Source of the DNA: a virus
Taxonomy: Duplodnaviria > Caudoviricetes
DNA: 64,000 nt
IMG/VR virus record: IMGVR_UViG_2609460236_000001
Coordinates: 1 to 64,000 of that record
Strand: one strand, 5' to 3'
Shown in pieces: positions 1-8,976 of this stretch. Position numbers and translations under genes: made by a program. How positions within the stretch are numbered: position 1 is the stretch's first letter; each line of letters starts with the position of its first letter. Below the pieces are notes generated by a model, which saw nothing but the letters and a program-made list of their open reading frames with translations, was not told the origin of the DNA and ran no database searches.

Positions 1-1329
1 ATGCTGGCCGCGGCCGCGCTTGCGGGCCTGACGCTCGCGGCCCGCGCCGCGCCGGCCGACACGGTGCTGCTTCCCGGCGCGCCGCCGTCGCGCGTCGTCG
101 CCACGATCGGTAGCGGCACGCCGCAGGTCACGGGCAAGATCGATGCGGCGACCGCGCGCTTCGCGCCCGATCCGACGCTCGTCGCGCTCGGCCGGCGGAT
201 CTTCTTCGACCAGCGATTGTCCGAGCCGCGCGGCATGTCGTGCGCGGGCTGCCACGACCCGGGCCGCGCATTCGCGCCGACGCTGTCGGCCGCGTCGCTC
301 GCGGGCCCCGGCGTACCGGAAGGCAGCCGGCACGGACGCTTCAGCCGGCGCAACGCGCCGTCGCTGCGCTATGTCCGCTACGTGCCGCGCCGCCACTTCT
401 ACCAGGACGACGATGCGCCCGCGCCGTCGCCGTTCGGCGGGCTGTTCAGCGACGGCCGCGCGGATACGCTCGCCGAACAGATCCGCGGGCCGCTGTTCGA
501 TCCTGACGAGATGAACAACCGGTCGCCGGCCGCGCTGCTGCGCAAGATCGACGCAACCGAACTCGCGCCCGATCTCGCCGCGCGCTTCGGCGCGCCGGTG
601 CGGCGCGATCCCGAGCAACTGGTGCGGGCGCTCGGTCTGGCCGTCGAGGCCTACCTGCAGAGCGACGAGATGGCGCCGTTCACGTCGCGCTTCGACGCGT
701 TCCTGCGCACCCGCACGCCGCTCGCACCGGCCGAGATGCGCGGCCTTGAGCTGTTCCGGAATCCCGACAAGGGCAACTGCATGAGCTGCCACACGCTGTC
801 GGAAACGTCGAGCCGCCCGGAACGCTCGCTCTTCACCGATTTCGGCTACGACGCGATCGCCGTGCCGCGCAACCGCGCGCTGCCGGCGAACCGCGATCCG
901 CGCCATTTCGACAACGGGCTGTGCGACACCGCGCGGCGCCTGCGCTGGCCCGACCCGACGCAATGGTGCGGCTACCTGCGCACGCCGGGGCTGCGCAACG
1001 TCGCGCTCAAGCAGACGTTCATGCACAACGGCGTGTTCACGACGCTGCGCGACGCGGTCGCGTTCTACAACACGCGCTCGACCGATCCCGGTTTCTGGTA
1101 TCACGGGGCCAGTACGTTCGACGACGTGCCCGCCGCCTATCGCGGCAACATCAACGTCAACTCGACGCCGATGAACCGCCGGCCCGGCACGCCGCCCGCG
1201 CTGACCGACGCGGAAATCGACGACATCGTCGCCTTCCTGGGCACGCTGACCGACGCGCGTCCCGCGGGGGCTGCCGCGCCGCCCGCCCCCGCCGCCCGGA
1301 TCGCACGAACCGCCGCGCCGGCGCGCTGA
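1..1329 (+). CDS. Di-heme cytochrome c peroxidase / MauG family protein (host; may start before the window)
   Basis: Two CxxCH motifs (CAGCH, CMSCH), LGRRIFFD, RNAPSL, LRTPGLRNV and FMHNG motifs; signal-peptide-like N-terminus; very high GC. Confidence 0.9.
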   Translation: MLAAAALAGLTLAARAAPADTVLLPGAPPSRVVATIGSGTPQVTGKIDAATARFAPDPTLVALGRRIFFDQRLSEPRGMSCAGCHDPGRAFAPTLSAASLAGPGVPEGSRHGRFSRRNAPSLRYVRYVPRRHFYQDDDAPAPSPFGGLFSDGRADTLAEQIRGPLFDPDEMNNRSPAALLRKIDATELAPDLAARFGAPVRRDPEQLVRALGLAVEAYLQSDEMAPFTSRFDAFLRTRTPLAPAEMRGLELFRNPDKGNCMSCHTLSETSSRPERSLFTDFGYDAIAVPRNRALPANRDPRHFDNGLCDTARRLRWPDPTQWCGYLRTPGLRNVALKQTFMHNGVFTTLRDAVAFYNTRSTDPGFWYHGASTFDDVPAAYRGNINVNSTPMNRRPGTPPALTDAEIDDIVAFLGTLTDARPAGAAAPPAPAARIARTAAPAR

Positions 1330-1381
1330 CCCTGGCCGAACGGCCAGCCGGATGCGCGCCTGCTTGCGGCTGTCGCGAACA

Positions 1382-1415
1382 CTGGTTATATTTACAGTAC
1401 TGTATTTATGAACAG
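1382..1415. promoter_or_regulatory. Two tandem LexA (SOS) boxes
   Basis: CTGGTTATATTTACAG (1382-1397) and CTGTATTTATGAACAG (1400-1415) both fit CTG-N10-CAG; followed by GAGG and ATG at 1427. Confidence 0.85.
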
Positions 1416-1426
1416 TGAGGTGCGCG

Positions 1427-1516
1427 ATGGAACATCTGGTCCGGTCTTTCCAACCCTGTTTCACGACGTCACGCTACGTAACCAAGATTGAAGGATTATC
1501 CTTTAATCTTCAATAA
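1427..1516 (+). pseudogene. 5' stub (MEHLVR...) of a LexA-controlled host gene, probably interrupted by the prophage
   Basis: SOS boxes, RBS and ATG, but the frame runs into AT-rich att-like DNA after about 6 codons and stops at 1514-1516. Confidence 0.55.
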
Positions 1517-1602
1517 CTTACATTTTTTAGACGTATCGTGACGTAACGTAGCATCCGCAGGCCAGTTGGTAGCTAGGATGGTAGCTAGAGCGATGGAACA
1601 TC
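1445..1602. other. attL-like region: inverted repeats, IHF-like site, arm-type direct repeats
   Basis: Imperfect IR 1466-1479/1531-1544; inner IR AAGATTGAAGGA/TCCTTTAATCTT; TTCAATAACTTA close to the IHF consensus; TGGTAGCTAG twice (1567-1576, 1579-1588) upstream of int. Confidence 0.6.
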
Positions 1603-1640
1603 AAATATACTCGGGCCTCCACCACCACAAGAAAACCAAA

Positions 1641-2912
1641 ATGCCGCGCATCCACCACGCGCTTGACGACGTCCAAATCCGACACTGGGTCTCCAAGGGG
1701 GAGCCAGTTGCTAAGGCCGACGGCGATGGCCTGACCTTCACCCTATCCGCCTCGGGAACTGCTGCTTGGGTCCTCCGCTACAGTCGCGGTAAGCGCCGCC
1801 GAGAACTGACGATCGGTAACTATCCCGACATGTCTCTTGCAGCCGCCAGAAAGGCCGCTCGTTCATTCCGCGTGGAAATCGACAAGGGTGAGGACCCTGC
1901 TGCCGACAAAAAGACTGAGAAAGCCCGTACGGCAGTTGCTCTGACCGTGAGACAGCTTTGCGACGACTACACGGAAAAGGCAATGGTCAGTCTCGCCAAG
2001 GGGTCGGCCTACAACCGAAACTGGGATATCGAGAAGATGGTGAAGCCGAACCTCGGGTCACTCGAAGCTCGAAAGGTCACAGCGGCCGACATCATCTATA
2101 TGCTCGAAAACAGCAAAAAATCGTGGATCGTCTGCAATCGAGTGCTGACGACCGTTACGGTGTTGTTCGACCATGCCATTGGCAAGCGCGCGGTCGAGAC
2201 CAATCCGACTTCGGGTATCAAGTTGCGCGCATTGCTTGGCGAGCCTCCCCCTGTTCGTAAGCGCCTGATGCTTGCCAAAGACGAACTCCAAGTTCTGCTA
2301 CCCGGCATCGACGAGAAGATCGGTCGCGACAACGGACTCATGTTCCGCATCCTGTTGTCCACGTGCGTCCGCACCAGCGAGTTGGTCAAAGCCAAGAAGG
2401 AGCACTTCGACCTCAAGCGTGGCACGTGGTGGATTCCGCCTCAAAACCTCAAGGCTGGGGTTGGCTCGCTCGTACCTCTCGCACCTATTGTTATGGGGTG
2501 GATCGAAGACTTGATCGCGCTCTCGGGAGACTCGGAATGGCTCTTGCCCGCGCGATGTGGCAAGCGACGCAAGTTGGGCGACACTCATATCGGCAAGACG
2601 ACGCTTTGGGCCGCGATTACGCGAGCATTCGAAAGCAGCAAGCTTGAGATGCGACGTTTCACGCCGCACGACACGCGCAGCACGGCCAAAGGTCACATGC
2701 GAAACATGGGGGTCTCGCGCGAAATCAGTGAGATCGCACTGAACCACAAGGTAAAGGGTGTCGAGGGGATTTACGACGTGCGGGAGGAGATCCCGGAGAG
2801 ACGAGCGGCAATGGCGCTGTGGGCAGCTTTCGTGAGTAACTGCTGTGATGGGACGGAGCCACAAGGCGGGAATGAATCGAATGTCATCCCGCTAAGAAGG
2901 AGGGTTGCCTGA
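1641..2912 (+). CDS. int: Tyrosine integrase with N-terminal arm-binding domain (P4-like)
   Basis: DGDGL...W...Y...IGNYPDMSLAAAR arm domain; catalytic R (CVRTSE), HDTR, ALNH, GIYD. Confidence 0.93.
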   Translation: MPRIHHALDDVQIRHWVSKGEPVAKADGDGLTFTLSASGTAAWVLRYSRGKRRRELTIGNYPDMSLAAARKAARSFRVEIDKGEDPAADKKTEKARTAVALTVRQLCDDYTEKAMVSLAKGSAYNRNWDIEKMVKPNLGSLEARKVTAADIIYMLENSKKSWIVCNRVLTTVTVLFDHAIGKRAVETNPTSGIKLRALLGEPPPVRKRLMLAKDELQVLLPGIDEKIGRDNGLMFRILLSTCVRTSELVKAKKEHFDLKRGTWWIPPQNLKAGVGSLVPLAPIVMGWIEDLIALSGDSEWLLPARCGKRRKLGDTHIGKTTLWAAITRAFESSKLEMRRFTPHDTRSTAKGHMRNMGVSREISEIALNHKVKGVEGIYDVREEIPERRAAMALWAAFVSNCCDGTEPQGGNESNVIPLRRRVA

Positions 2913-3073
2913 CCTCGCTCGTCCGTTATAAGGGTAAGATGTCGTGGCACGCTGAATTGCAAGACGTTTACCTATTGTGTGCAACCTTGGTTGACGGCAG
3001 CCGTAGTGAGCGTCCATGTTTCCGTCGTCGAGATAACAATCGCCCCTCATTGCATACATATTGAGACAATACA

Positions 3074-4069
3074 ATGAAGTTACTGATTGAAACCCAGCAA
3101 AATCCAGTAGGAAGTGAAGTTCTTGCGAGGATAGCCATCGTCCGCCCGATCCTCATGGCCTTGCTAACTGGTATCAAGCAAGAGGTTTTGAACGAACTCG
3201 GCGGCATGGAAAACATGAAACTCTTCATGCTCCCCCGAGCATATAGAGATGGTTACGGCGACGTAGGATTTTGTTTTGAATGGGCAATTCATGATGCAAT
3301 ACGGCGAAAGGACCCCATGGTAATGGAGCGCCTAGCCGATGCATCAAAACTCTGCAAATTACCCGGCAATTCCTTTCAGTCAATTTTGTTTGGGGTTGAA
3401 AAGTCTGGCAAAACACGCATCATCGACACAGCCAATCAACTACTCACAGATGACTCTAGAATATTGACCGGCGCGCAAGCCCAACCGCCAAAACTCAAGT
3501 CGTACATGAATATGCTTGCGGCGGCGTTCCATCGCCCAGAAACAAGAGCCGCACTACCCTCGTCAATCAACGGTCTTTGGAAGGCTGACTTGTTCTTCGG
3601 GTCTACCGACAAAGATCGCTGGCTCGGAACTACTTTAAAGATAAACGCCAAGCACTTGGAAGGCGCGAGGGGTCTTCGTGTCGGCATTGTACCTGCAACG
3701 CAAGGTGCTCCCGACAAGATATACAAAGACGACACGAAGAACCTGATTGTGTGCCCAATACCATATGACGGCTCTTTCATGGAGCTATTTTACACTGGCT
3801 GGAGAATTGTTCAGCAGTTTATAACTGCCGACGCGAAAGTCCCTCCTCCTGTCGCCCTTCCAGCACCAGCTGATCGCCAGGTGGCGAAAGAGTTAGAAAT
3901 GCGGAGAGAATTCCCGATCGTGGATGTAATTCAAGCGCTCGAAGCACAATCACAAACGGATCTATTAAAGGCAACAGAGAAGAGCGTTGACGTCACTACG
4001 GAGCGTGAAGGCAATCAAATTCTCAACGATTTAGTAATCTCGCCCGTTGCATCCTACAAGCCTACATAA
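3074..4069 (+). CDS. Hypothetical cargo protein, possible PD-(D/E)xK restriction-endonuclease-like fold
   Basis: 331-aa ORF with lower GC; GxxFE...KADLF...TTLK resembles a nuclease motif; own terminator. Confidence 0.5.
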   Translation: MKLLIETQQNPVGSEVLARIAIVRPILMALLTGIKQEVLNELGGMENMKLFMLPRAYRDGYGDVGFCFEWAIHDAIRRKDPMVMERLADASKLCKLPGNSFQSILFGVEKSGKTRIIDTANQLLTDDSRILTGAQAQPPKLKSYMNMLAAAFHRPETRAALPSSINGLWKADLFFGSTDKDRWLGTTLKINAKHLEGARGLRVGIVPATQGAPDKIYKDDTKNLIVCPIPYDGSFMELFYTGWRIVQQFITADAKVPPPVALPAPADRQVAKELEMRREFPIVDVIQALEAQSQTDLLKATEKSVDVTTEREGNQILNDLVISPVASYKPT

Positions 4070-4077
4070 TACCCCCT

Positions 4078-4107
4078 CCAGCCTGCGCTAAAATTAGCGC
4101 AGGCTGG
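4078..4107. terminator. Hairpin / probable terminator between convergent genes
   Basis: CCAGCCTGCGCTAA-AA-TTAGCGCAGGCTGG perfect 14-bp stem. Confidence 0.7.
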
Positions 4108-4366
4108 TTAATCCAGGCATTATCTAGCATCATGACGACATAGGGAATTTGATATTTCTCGGATTCTCAATCTAGCTCGAATCCCTTGCCAGACATAAAC
4201 GCGTCATAGCTTTTTATCGCCTCGTCGTCAGGTGGATTGACCGTGAAATCGAAATTTCGAATGCGATCGGCAATGTCCCGTCGGCTACGGGAAAGATAGG
4301 ACACGGCGTCTAGATGAGACGCGAAGGGATAGGCATTTGCAGCTTCGGACGCACGAACGTGCGCGA

Positions 4367-4576
4367 ATGTCCGTGCCGGAAAGGTATTCGCGGCCATCGA
4401 AGGATCAACCTCTACCCGAGTTCGTCTCGCCAGACATAACACTATTGAGGGAATGGTGGGGCAAACCGGAGCGAGTGAGCGACGCTGATGTGAGGAGGAT
4501 GGTGCTTGAAGTGATTGCGCTGCGGAGGCTCCTCAACGCGAGCATCAAGGTTGCCTCCGAATCGAGTACGAACTAG
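4367..4576 (+). CDS. Small hypothetical phage protein
   Basis: ATG at 4367; helical LREWW...DVRRMVLEVIALRRLL; convergent with the leftward operon. Confidence 0.5.
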   Translation: MSVPERYSRPSKDQPLPEFVSPDITLLREWWGKPERVSDADVRRMVLEVIALRRLLNASIKVASESSTN

Positions 4577-4587
4577 CCGTGTGTAGT

Positions 4588-4794
4588 TCACCCGAGCACG
4601 CGACGCTCCAGTTGCTTGTCGCGCTTCGGCAGCGCGGCCCACGCGAGGTAATACTGGCCAACTTCGCCATGCCACACACCCGTGATAGCAATGCCGCCGA
4701 TCGTCAGCAGCAGGCACTTCTTGCCACCGTGTTCGGGCTTGGCGTAGACCCACTCGGAGACCGGGGCGCTGACGTAGTCTTTATTGAGCGTCAT
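4588..4794 (-). CDS. Hypothetical phage protein
   Basis: 68 aa, start abuts the upstream stop. Confidence 0.65.
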   Translation of the reverse strand: MTLNKDYVSAPVSEWVYAKPEHGGKKCLLLTIGGIAITGVWHGEVGQYYLAWAALPKRDKQLERRVLG

Positions 4795-5060
4795 CAGGGC
4801 GTCTCCGCGGTGGCCGATTTGCCGCGCTCCTCAGCGCGCATTTCCTGCCAGCGGGTCAAGGTGTCGATCGACTCCTGGATGTCGCAGCCGACGTCCTTGT
4901 GGCCGCGCCCACCGGCGACCAGTAGTTTTTTGACTGCATGTTGCAGGCAAGGATCGGTCACATTGAACAGTTCGAGAACGCGATAGACGTCGACACTCTC
5001 GTACGGGCAAGGCTTGTGGTAGTGCGAATGAATACGTGGCGCTGCTTCGATCTCGTTCAT
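4794..5060 (-). CDS. DUF3310-like protein (T7 gp1.7 nucleotide-kinase-related)
   Basis: HSHY...HAVKKLL.AGGRGHKD...DI pattern; next to thyX. Confidence 0.55.
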   Translation of the reverse strand: MNEIEAAPRIHSHYHKPCPYESVDVYRVLELFNVTDPCLQHAVKKLLVAGGRGHKDVGCDIQESIDTLTRWQEMRAEERGKSATAETP

Positions 5061-5971
5061 GCTTCACCGCCCCGCTCCGTCGCGAGCTTGCGATGCAGTC
5101 GGACCTCGTCGTTGGTCCACTGACGGCGCAGGACGGACGGAAATTCACCGTCCGTCGCGCGGGCCTTCTCGACGTCCTGGCGGTGCTGAAGCCAGCCGTC
5201 GAAGTTACCGCCCTTCTGCGTCGACGAGAAAGCCGGCGTCGCTTGGTGCTCGGTCGGAGATGCGTGGATCGGGCGTGAGCCGACCAGCTTCGCGTAGCGC
5301 TCGAACTCCTTCGCGTGGCTCGCGTCACCGTCGAACGGGTCGTAGGAGATCCGCGCGCAGCGCGCGACGGAAAGCTTGATCTGCTCTTCAATCGGCAGTG
5401 CCTCGCGCTCGGACTGGAGGACGTACGGCAAGTGCCACTCGGCGATGCGCAACCGGCGCGGCACGCTGACCTCGATCGCGGTCATGATCTCGATGGCCAG
5501 GATCTGCATTGTCGGGTCAGCGTCCGGATGGCAGCGCAGCTCGTCGAAGTTGCCCCAGTCGGTCGAGGAAATCAACACGCTGATGTACTGGTACGGCTCG
5601 GTAACGCGATTGGCGATTTGCTTGTGCGCTCCGAGCTTCATGAGTACCCAGCTATGCAGCGCGGCGAAGCGCGCAGCGCTGCGCCACATGGCCTTCGCGG
5701 CCCACAGACGCCAACCTTGAAGCTCCACTCCTGCCTGCATACCCGGCTGGTTGGTGCCCCACTCCGCGGGGCACGCCGGCCGCGACCAGACTTGGCGCAA
5801 CATGCGACGGATAGGGATAGCGCGGGAGCTGCCCGCGTTGCGGGAGAACTTGCGGTGCGTCATCAGCTCGCTATGGATGATGCGCGGATACCGCACTTCA
5901 ACGGTCGTGAGGCGCACGCCGTTCGAGGCGATCGAGTCTTCGATCACCTTGGCCAGAATGATAGGTTTCAT
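5057..5971 (-). CDS. thyX: Flavin-dependent thymidylate synthase
   Basis: ELMTHRKFSRNAGSSR signature, HKQIANR, LRCHPDA, HASPTEH. Confidence 0.88.
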   Translation of the reverse strand: MKPIILAKVIEDSIASNGVRLTTVEVRYPRIIHSELMTHRKFSRNAGSSRAIPIRRMLRQVWSRPACPAEWGTNQPGMQAGVELQGWRLWAAKAMWRSAARFAALHSWVLMKLGAHKQIANRVTEPYQYISVLISSTDWGNFDELRCHPDADPTMQILAIEIMTAIEVSVPRRLRIAEWHLPYVLQSEREALPIEEQIKLSVARCARISYDPFDGDASHAKEFERYAKLVGSRPIHASPTEHQATPAFSSTQKGGNFDGWLQHRQDVEKARATDGEFPSVLRRQWTNDEVRLHRKLATERGGEA

Positions 5972-6018
5972 CTTGTCTTCAGGGCCGGTGGTGGTCGGCC
6001 CTTCCTACGTGTGGTGGT

Positions 6019-6597
6019 TTACGAGTTGCGAGCGTCCAGACCGCCCTTGTCCGCGCGCGCTTCAGCGGCGGCATTCGTGTATGCGTTCGGGAAGCGCTGC
6101 TTCAGCTTCGCGATGTTCGCGGACATGACTTCTTCGAGAGGCATATCGAGCGCATCGCAAGCATGGGCCACGCCGCTGAGGATGTTCACGAGGCTGCGCA
6201 TCGCACCCGTGCGGGCGCGCGCGTCTTGATGCAGCGGCACGTCGTACGTGAAGAAACCGATCTCGACCGAGATGCGATTCGCCACGATCTGGAGCTGTTC
6301 CGCGAGCGGTAGCGCGCTGAGGTCGAAGTCGAAGAGATGCTGGTATTCGGGGATCTCGAAGTCGAGGGCGTCGGCGCCGATGGCCACGTACCAGAGGATG
6401 TCACCCAGCTCTTCGAAGATGTGTTCGCGCATCTCCTGCGTGAGCGGCTTCTGGTACGCCCAAAGGCGTTTGACTTCGGTGGTGAACTCGCCATGTTCAG
6501 TCGTAAGACCAAGCGATGCGTGTTGCAGGCGCAGCAGAGAAGTTGCCAGGGGTTTCTCGGTGCGAAGGGCCAGAGGTTTGTATTGTTCGAAGTTCAT
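6019..6597 (-). CDS. MazG-like NTP pyrophosphohydrolase
   Basis: GLTTEHGE...EELGDILWY and C-terminal NIAKL..RFP. Confidence 0.85.
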   Translation of the reverse strand: MNFEQYKPLALRTEKPLATSLLRLQHASLGLTTEHGEFTTEVKRLWAYQKPLTQEMREHIFEELGDILWYVAIGADALDFEIPEYQHLFDFDLSALPLAEQLQIVANRISVEIGFFTYDVPLHQDARARTGAMRSLVNILSGVAHACDALDMPLEEVMSANIAKLKQRFPNAYTNAAAEARADKGGLDARNS

Positions 6598-6598
6598 T

Positions 6599-6946
6599 TT
6601 AGTAAGTCTCGGGTGGTGCGGTAAACCAGAGTCGGCGCGGAACAGGACGTTCGACAGGCATCGCGTATTGGATGATCATGTCGCCATCTCGAACCTGAAC
6701 CATCGTGATCAGCCCTTTGTCGTGCTTCTCACGTGCGCTTGCCAGAATCCGTTCAAACCTTTCATTCCAGCGGCGTTCCGCAGGGTACTTGCGCGCAATG
6801 ATGAAGGCGTAATTTCCAGGGTTTCCCCAGCCGAAGAGTTCCATTTTGTTCATCTCTTCGACGACACGTTCCAGGGTGGTGTCAAGGAACGTGGCAATAA
6901 GCTGGGGGGTGAAGTTTTGATCAAGTAGCGTTTTGATGGACTCCAT
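6599..6946 (-). CDS. Hypothetical protein
   Basis: 115 aa, GAGG RBS, packed in operon. Confidence 0.7.
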   Translation of the reverse strand: MESIKTLLDQNFTPQLIATFLDTTLERVVEEMNKMELFGWGNPGNYAFIIARKYPAERRWNERFERILASAREKHDKGLITMVQVRDGDMIIQYAMPVERPVPRRLWFTAPPETY

Positions 6947-6953
6947 TAATTCC

Positions 6954-8966
6954 TCATGCGGCCTCTTTCAAAGGGAGAGTGAAGATGTGGTCTGCAATCG
7001 GGCGTTTGTGTGTGACGATGATCACCTGCTTGATGGTCTCCTTCAGACGTTGCAGACACTCGGCGGTGTACTGAGCACGTTGGGCATCCATCGACTCGTC
7101 GAACTCGTCGGCCATGAAGACGGAGAACACACCATTGGTCAGCACCTGACCGAGACCAATCCGGAGTGCGAGATTCGCGACAGCCTTTCCGGAACCGGAC
7201 AGCGTTTGCACTGCTTGGCCGTCGACCGTGATGTTGAAGTCTTCATCCACCACGATCGAAGTACGTGCGCCACCGGTCATCTGGTTGAGCAGTACAGACG
7301 CTACCTTGTTGAGCGACGGCACGAGATGCGACTTGATCACGAGCTTCGCTTCCGCTACCGCCGCCTTCGCCGCGGCCTTGTCATCGGCCGCTGCATTCAA
7401 CGCATCGAGCTTCGCCTTGTCGACGCTGTACGTGGCCAGCTGCGCCTCGTACGTGCCCACGGCATGCTCATAGGCGCGCGCAGCGACCAGTTGCTCGTCC
7501 AGCTTGCCCAGCTCGGCCTCGACGCCGGCCAGCTCCGCGACGCGCGCCTCGCGCTCGGCCAGCTTCGCGAAAAACTCGTTGTAGCTGAGCACCTGCGCAT
7601 GGTGCGCGACGAGCTGACCTTCGTACGCCTGACGCTCCTTCAAGTCACCACTGCGATCGGGTGTGTTGTCAATCGCGTTCTGAAGGGTCAAGACCGCTTC
7701 GGAAGTCTCGGCGACCTCCTGTTCGGCCTTGACAATCTTCGCTGATTGGGCGTCCATCGCAGCCTGCGTTTCCTGCTTCGTGCGCTCGATGCGCTCGCGC
7801 AACTCGACGATCTCCTGGGCGAGCGCGGCGCGGCGCTCGGTGTTGCCGTGCAGCGCGCGCTGTGCGTTCAGTTCGACGCGCGTCATCGACGGCGCGGCAG
7901 TATCGACCACCGCCGCGTACGGCTCCAGCGCGGCTGACGCGATCGGCCAGTGGTGGTCGCAGCTCGGGCAGATGTGCTCGCCCTGCCCCAGCAGCTTCTG
8001 CTTCTGCACCCACATGTCGTGATCGATGTGCTGCTGCTCCAGCGCTTCGATCTGGTCGATCGTCAGCACCGGCTCTGCCAGGCCGGCGATCTGCTTCTCG
8101 ATGCGGCCGATGTCGGCCTCCAGACGGGCCACGGTGCCGTCCGTGATCACTGCCTGGAGTCCGTCGCTCAGACGCTTCAGGGTAGCCCGCTGATCAGCCG
8201 CTGCGCTCTCCAGCGTGCCCTTCGCCGCAACCAGCTCGTTACGGGCCGCAATCAGGCTCTGTAGCGTCTCGACGGTCTCGCCGATGGCGCAGGTGGGGGC
8301 GACCGGCTCGGACGGCTTGTGGGCCACCATACCGCGCAGCTGGTTCAGCTCGTTGACCAGGGTCGCGACGTTGTCGCGCTTCTGGCCGAGCGTCGTGCTC
8401 GACTCGAAGTCGACCGGCTGCTCGGGCTTGACCGGCTCGCGCAGCACCGCGGCGATGCCGTCAGCCTGATTGCGGAATGCGAGAGCTTGCTTGCCGAGAT
8501 CGGTCACGATGTCGTCGAGCACGTTCAGGCCGATCGTCTGGTCGACGATCTTGCGGCGCTCGGTCGGCTTCGCGTCCGACAGCTTCTCGATCTGGCCTTG
8601 CAGCACGGCGTTCGCCATCGTGAACACGTCGTAGTCGTAGCCGAACAGCTCGCGGATCTTCGCGTTGACCGGCTTCGTGCCCGTGGCGACGTCTTCACCG
8701 GCGCGGGTCAGCTTCGCGTTCTTCGTCGTTCGGACGATGCGATAGGTCTGGTCGCGCACGACGAATTCGAGCGTCACTTCGAGCTTCTTGTAATCGTCGG
8801 CCGCACCGCGCAGCGCGACGCTGCCCCACAGCGCGAACAGGATCATCTCCAGCGTGACGCTCTTGCCAGACTCGTTCGGCCCCGTGATCGCGGTCTGGCC
8901 GACCGGGAAGACGAAGGTCGAGTTCGGGTGACGGTAGCCGTTCTTGATATTCAGGTTCAGCAGCAT
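6954..8966 (-). CDS. SbcC/Rad50/gp46-like SMC ATPase (recombination nuclease subunit)
   Basis: Walker A GPNESGKS, coiled coil, CPSC zinc hook, LSGSG signature, FMADE Walker B, H-loop VTH. Confidence 0.92.
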   Translation of the reverse strand: MLLNLNIKNGYRHPNSTFVFPVGQTAITGPNESGKSVTLEMILFALWGSVALRGAADDYKKLEVTLEFVVRDQTYRIVRTTKNAKLTRAGEDVATGTKPVNAKIRELFGYDYDVFTMANAVLQGQIEKLSDAKPTERRKIVDQTIGLNVLDDIVTDLGKQALAFRNQADGIAAVLREPVKPEQPVDFESSTTLGQKRDNVATLVNELNQLRGMVAHKPSEPVAPTCAIGETVETLQSLIAARNELVAAKGTLESAAADQRATLKRLSDGLQAVITDGTVARLEADIGRIEKQIAGLAEPVLTIDQIEALEQQHIDHDMWVQKQKLLGQGEHICPSCDHHWPIASAALEPYAAVVDTAAPSMTRVELNAQRALHGNTERRAALAQEIVELRERIERTKQETQAAMDAQSAKIVKAEQEVAETSEAVLTLQNAIDNTPDRSGDLKERQAYEGQLVAHHAQVLSYNEFFAKLAEREARVAELAGVEAELGKLDEQLVAARAYEHAVGTYEAQLATYSVDKAKLDALNAAADDKAAAKAAVAEAKLVIKSHLVPSLNKVASVLLNQMTGGARTSIVVDEDFNITVDGQAVQTLSGSGKAVANLALRIGLGQVLTNGVFSVFMADEFDESMDAQRAQYTAECLQRLKETIKQVIIVTHKRPIADHIFTLPLKEAA

Positions 8967-8976
8967 GATGGTGTCC

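Noticed and set aside
1400-1600. tRNA or tmRNA at the attachment site
   Set aside because: No cloverleaf, T-loop GTTCRA or CCA end visible.
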